Source: Membranihabitans marinus (GTDB taxonomy: Bacteria; Bacteroidota; Bacteroidia; Chitinophagales; Saprospiraceae). Taken from it: DNA of 64,000 bases. Location: contig NZ_JAJQYA010000002.1 of assembly GCF_021729155.1 (NCBI RefSeq), positions 191,348 through 255,347 on the forward strand, given 5' to 3'. The translations under genes and the position numbers were made by a program. Position 1 is the stretch's first letter. Every line of letters begins with the position of its first letter. Shown here in pieces: positions 60,622 through 64,000 of this stretch. The notes under the pieces were generated by a model that worked only from the letters and a program-made list of their open reading frames with translations, was not told where the DNA came from and did not search any database.

Positions 60622-61329
60622 TCAAACTAGTGAGTTCTGTGGTGGTGCTCTGAGAGAATTGTCCTTTAACCAATAGAATAAGGTCGGAGGAAAGGATTGA
60701 ATGAATAGAGGGCAGTGTGTAACGGCTAATAATCTTAATAGATTGATTTTGAGCCTAACACTGATGGTTGAGCCATGGGTGATTGTCCATAGATCTTGAC
60801 CATTGTTGATATCTCTTAGTCTTGGAAGTTCAAAGTATTGTTGAGTATTTTCGTGTATATACTCATTGAGGGCTGTATACAATTGATTGGTCTGCCAAGG
60901 TAGGATCTGAAAATCTATATAGTTAAAAGCGGTTTTAGTTAAACCGATTAAATAAGCACCGTCTCTCAAAGAAGGTCCAAGGACAGATCGACCTGCACTG
61001 ATGTTTTGAATGATATTTTCCCAGTCAAGACGATTCAATTCTAAGCAATCGTTACCCACGGTAATAATGGCTTCATAGCCTTGATCGAATATTTTTTGAT
61101 GGGCATTGGCCAATCGTTCACCAAAATTTTGACCGATTTGCTGTCTTTCATCATAGTGATGAATGGAAAGACCTGTTTGTTTCAGTATTGATTTGTTGTA
61201 GGTATTAAACAGGCGTGCTATAGAAAGATTACTTTTCCTAGAGCCCTTTTTTAACCATGTCTTCCGTTGAATTTCACATTCAGCAGATAAGCTAAAAAAC
61301 AAAATCGCTATGTTTTCTCGACAAATCAT
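60622..61329 (-). CDS. DUF2064-like nucleotidyltransferase-fold protein (hypothetical)
   Basis: IAILFFSLSAE..KTWL N-terminus and an AIITVGNDCLEL block resembling DUF2064/TIGR04282 motifs. From memory, uncertain. Confidence 0.35.
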   Translation of the reverse strand: MICRENIAILFFSLSAECEIQRKTWLKKGSRKSNLSIARLFNTYNKSILKQTGLSIHHYDERQQIGQNFGERLANAHQKIFDQGYEAIITVGNDCLELNRLDWENIIQNISAGRSVLGPSLRDGAYLIGLTKTAFNYIDFQILPWQTNQLYTALNEYIHENTQQYFELPRLRDINNGQDLWTITHGSTISVRLKINLLRLLAVTHCPLFIQSFPPTLFYWLKDNSLRAPPQNSLV

Positions 61330-61785
61330 TAAATCAAAGGTAGAATAAAAAATATTAATTTAACACGGTTTGTTTTTATTAAAACTTTTTTGTGTTTGTT
61401 GTTATTTTTATTTTAAATACGAATGTCTTGGGTGATTAAGTATTGAAGTGGATACTTGTTGTGCAATATTTTAGCTAAATAATTAACATATAACGGTATT
61501 TGTACTTAAGAAATGATCGAATCTGTCCTAAAGAAAGATTAGGTCTTGAAGTAGATAATAGATCTTTATTGGTTGTTTTACATAGTTAATATAGGGGATA
61601 ATTTATGGCACTAGAGAGTTGATATAATCACAAGGCACTAGTTATATTTTGGTCTTCTGAATTAATCTAAATGTGTTTAAAGAAGTTATGGTATTTATCC
61701 TTGATATGACTTAAATTGGGAACTGAACATTAAACTAGAGAATAATGGTAGCTAATATCGTGTGAATTGATATTTTTGTGCCATC

Positions 61786-63003
61786 ATGAATCAGCGACCT
61801 CGATTGGCCATATTAGCATCTAGATTTCCTTATCCGTTGGAAAAGGGGGATAAGTTGCGCCTATATTATCAAATCAAGTATTTGTCGGAGAGTTATGAGA
61901 TCTTTTTATTTTCTCTATCCGATCATGAGGTTGGGGAAGATCATTATCGGGAAATTAAAAAATACTGTACTTATATTCAGGTATATACCGAATCCAATTT
62001 TCAGCGAAAGATCCGGGTGGTCAAGGGATTTTTTAATAAATTACCTGGCCAAGTAAATTATTTTTTATCTGGAAAGACAAGGGAACAATTGCTATCTGAT
62101 TTGATTATGCAAAATCCAGACGTCATTTTTTGTCAACTTTATAGAATGGTTCCATATCTGGATAAAGTGAATGCTCCCAAGGTATTGGATATTATGGACT
62201 CATTTAGCACGATAGCTGACCTACAATCGCAGAATGCCCGCCATTGGCTAGAACGATGGTTTTGGAAAACTGAAACCAAGTTGTTAAAGGAATTTGAAGC
62301 CAAAATTCAGGATAAGTTTAGTCAATTTACCATTATTTCAGAGCGTGATGCGGGGAAAATTGGACATATTTCTTCAGATAAACTGGAAATAATACGGAAC
62401 GGAATAGCGGTATCTTATTTTAATAATTATGATTCTTCAGTCAATAGAGATACCTTTGACATGGCCTTTATTGGAAATATTGAATATAGACCCAATCAAG
62501 AGGCTGTACATTTTATTCAAGAAAAGCTCTGGCCTTATTTTAAAGAAAATAACATTGAGTTAAAAATATTAATAGGAGGGAAGGGGGCCGAAAAGTGGAA
62601 GGAGAAAAATACCAATCCCAACATTATATTTCACGGTTGGTATGAAGATATAAGGGAGGCTTATTATTCGGCCAAAGTATTTATTGCTCCCTTGTTTTTG
62701 GGTAGTGGAATGCAGAATAAGGTGTTGGAGGCATTGGCTTGTTCTCGAGATGTAATATGCAGCAGTCATGTCATAGATGCCATGCCAATGTTGAGAAATT
62801 ATGTAAGGACGGCGGATACAAAAGAAGAGTATTTAAAACAATATATAAATTTACAAGAAACTGCGTTACCTAATTCCGAACAAAAGTTACACTTAGACGT
62901 TCTAAAAAAGGAACTTTCATGGGAAATACAATGTGGAAAATTAAAACTAATAATTGATGATGCAAGAAAAAACCATCAATGGAATTTCGATAGATACCAT
63001 TGA
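61786..63003 (+). CDS. Glycosyltransferase family 4
   Basis: GT-B fold. N-terminus resembles that of the GT4 at 39101. Confidence 0.7.
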   Translation: MNQRPRLAILASRFPYPLEKGDKLRLYYQIKYLSESYEIFLFSLSDHEVGEDHYREIKKYCTYIQVYTESNFQRKIRVVKGFFNKLPGQVNYFLSGKTREQLLSDLIMQNPDVIFCQLYRMVPYLDKVNAPKVLDIMDSFSTIADLQSQNARHWLERWFWKTETKLLKEFEAKIQDKFSQFTIISERDAGKIGHISSDKLEIIRNGIAVSYFNNYDSSVNRDTFDMAFIGNIEYRPNQEAVHFIQEKLWPYFKENNIELKILIGGKGAEKWKEKNTNPNIIFHGWYEDIREAYYSAKVFIAPLFLGSGMQNKVLEALACSRDVICSSHVIDAMPMLRNYVRTADTKEEYLKQYINLQETALPNSEQKLHLDVLKKELSWEIQCGKLKLIIDDARKNHQWNFDRYH

Positions 63004-64000
63004 ATCAGCCATAGAGGATATAAGAGCGGGCAAGGTGGTGATAGTGGTAGACGATGAAGATCGTGAAAATGAGGGAGATTTTATTTGTGCGGCGGAGAAA
63101 ATAACGCCGGAGATTATAAATTTTATGGCCACCTATGGTCGAGGATTGATTTGTGCGCCCATCACCGAACAGCGAGCTCAAGAGCTAAATCTATATCCCA
63201 TGGTGGGCAACAATACCGCCATGCATGAAACCGCCTTTACCATATCGGTGGATTTAATTGGTCACGGATGCAGTACCGGAATTTCTGCCTATGATAGGGC
63301 AACTGGTATTCGTAAATTGGTAGATAAATCTACTGCGCCGGAAGAATTTGCTAAACCAGGTCATATATTTCCATTAAAAGCCAAAAACGGTGGAGTATTG
63401 CGCAGAACAGGACATACCGAAGCAGCTATTGATTTGGCTCGGTTGGCCGGGTTTAATCCAGCCGGTGTATTGGTTGAGATATTAAACGAAGATGGTACCA
63501 TGGCTCGGTTGCCCGAATTGTCCAAGATCGCGGAGAAACACGATCTCAAATTGATTACCATAAAAGATCTTGTATCTTATCGCTTGCTGAAGGAGAAATT
63601 GGTCGTGAAAAAATACGGACAAACCATCGATTCTCCGTTTGGAGCATTGAATTTTTCAGTTTACAATCAGTTGACTACCAACGACGAGCATTTGGTAATA
63701 TCTAAGGGGAATTGGTCAACAGAAGAAGATGTATTGGTCAGAGTACAATCTCATTCGGATTGGAAAGATGGAATTTTTGATCAAATATTTCAAGATAATC
63801 CATTAGAAATCCAACGGGCATTGAGTCAAATCAGTGAAGAAGGCAAAGGTTTGTTGTTGATCATGAGGCATAAAGAAAAAGATAAGGATCCCGTTTCCTT
63901 AATACATCAATTTGCCGGTGACGATAAAGTAGAGGCCAAGGAAATGCAGAATCAACGAGATTTTGGTATTGGGGCGCAAATCTTGTTGGACATGGGAGTT
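62960..64000 (+). CDS. ribBA: Bifunctional 3,4-dihydroxy-2-butanone-4-phosphate synthase / GTP cyclohydrolase II-like (RibBA), partial. Runs off the window end.
   Basis: ATG at 62960 preceded by an in-frame [42 protein letters not shown] is the DHBP synthase signature. The frame stays open to 64000. Confidence 0.85.
   Translation, partial: MQEKTINGISIDTIESAIEDIRAGKVVIVVDDEDRENEGDFICAAEKITPEIINFMATYGRGLICAPITEQRAQELNLYPMVGNNTAMHETAFTISVDLIGHGCSTGISAYDRATGIRKLVDKSTAPEEFAKPGHIFPLKAKNGGVLRRTGHTEAAIDLARLAGFNPAGVLVEILNEDGTMARLPELSKIAEKHDLKLITIKDLVSYRLLKEKLVVKKYGQTIDSPFGALNFSVYNQLTTNDEHLVISKGNWSTEEDVLVRVQSHSDWKDGIFDQIFQDNPLEIQRALSQISEEGKGLLLIMRHKEKDKDPVSLIHQFAGDDKVEAKEMQNQRDFGIGAQILLDMGV

Noticed and set aside
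1-64000. tRNA/rRNA genes, integrase/transposase, and prophage or ICE boundaries
   Set aside because: Scanning for tRNA T-arm motifs (GGTTCGAATCC-like) and for recombinase, transposase or phage structural protein signatures found nothing convincing. The repeat elements have no associated transposase.

Overview
The window is a 64-kb stretch of a low-GC Bacteroidota chromosome. Evidence for that: a SusC/SusD pair, a TAT-exported Gfo/Idh/MocA enzyme, DUF1080, an S1 sulfatase, GH32, several GT4 genes and few Shine-Dalgarno signals. Coding density is high.

Main blocks, in order:
- 0.7-9.5 kb: hexuronate catabolism locus with an SDR mannonate-oxidoreductase-like gene, uxuA, a TRAP dctPQM transporter, a tandem-DUF1080 protein, uxaC and a LacI regulator.
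- 9.5-12.3 kb: a GH32 fructosidase and a GT4 glycosyltransferase.
- 12.7-23.4 kb: a metal-homeostasis island with a NRAMP-like transporter, dcd, a Zn/Cd-type P1B ATPase, a His-rich CzcB adaptor, a 1436-aa CzcA ORF fused in frame to a TolC-like outer-membrane factor, a small Cys/His-rich secreted protein and a Fur-family regulator.
- 23.5-29.4 kb: M28 peptidase, a TAT-exported xylose-isomerase-like TIM-barrel protein, Gfo/Idh/MocA oxidoreductases and a PmoA-like lipoprotein.
- 29.7-36.1 kb: sulfatase, a flotillin/NfeD pair, a second TAT Gfo/Idh/MocA enzyme and maf.
- 36.1-48.8 kb: UbiA, kdsC, a methyltransferase, a LolD-like ATPase and a second GT4; then CorA, Crp/Fnr, pirin, bestrophin, an MBL hydrolase, NmrA and small hypotheticals.
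- 54.9-61.3 kb: a DUF2064-like gene, a GT4 and a 5'-partial ribBA at the window edge.

The most interesting structures:
1. A minus-strand operon at 50.3-60.5 kb joins a SusC/SusD outer-membrane pair to an MtnK-like (methylthioribose-kinase family) kinase, an IU-type nucleoside hydrolase and a complete four-gene ABC importer. This looks like a non-glycan, PUL-like locus for scavenging a ribonucleoside, possibly a 5'-modified one. It is the best candidate for an undescribed system.
2. A roughly 1.3-kb higher-order repeat block at 48.9-50.3 kb abuts the SusD stop codon. It contains about 16 copies of a 19-bp direct repeat (GGTGCAATCACGCCGGAGC) separated by 20-26 bp spacers. It superficially resembles CRISPR, but the spacers are degenerate copies of each other. 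Interleaved are 190-bp modules and ATGGTTAAT heptad satellites.
3. A dispersed family of GC-rich multi-hairpin elements sits in intergenic DNA (1-360, 12.5 kb, 42.3 kb, 50.2 kb). Each ends in a CTTCATTCGGTCAT motif, and stems covary between copies.

No tRNA or rRNA genes, integrase or transposase were recognised, and the CRISPR-like array was rejected as a true CRISPR.
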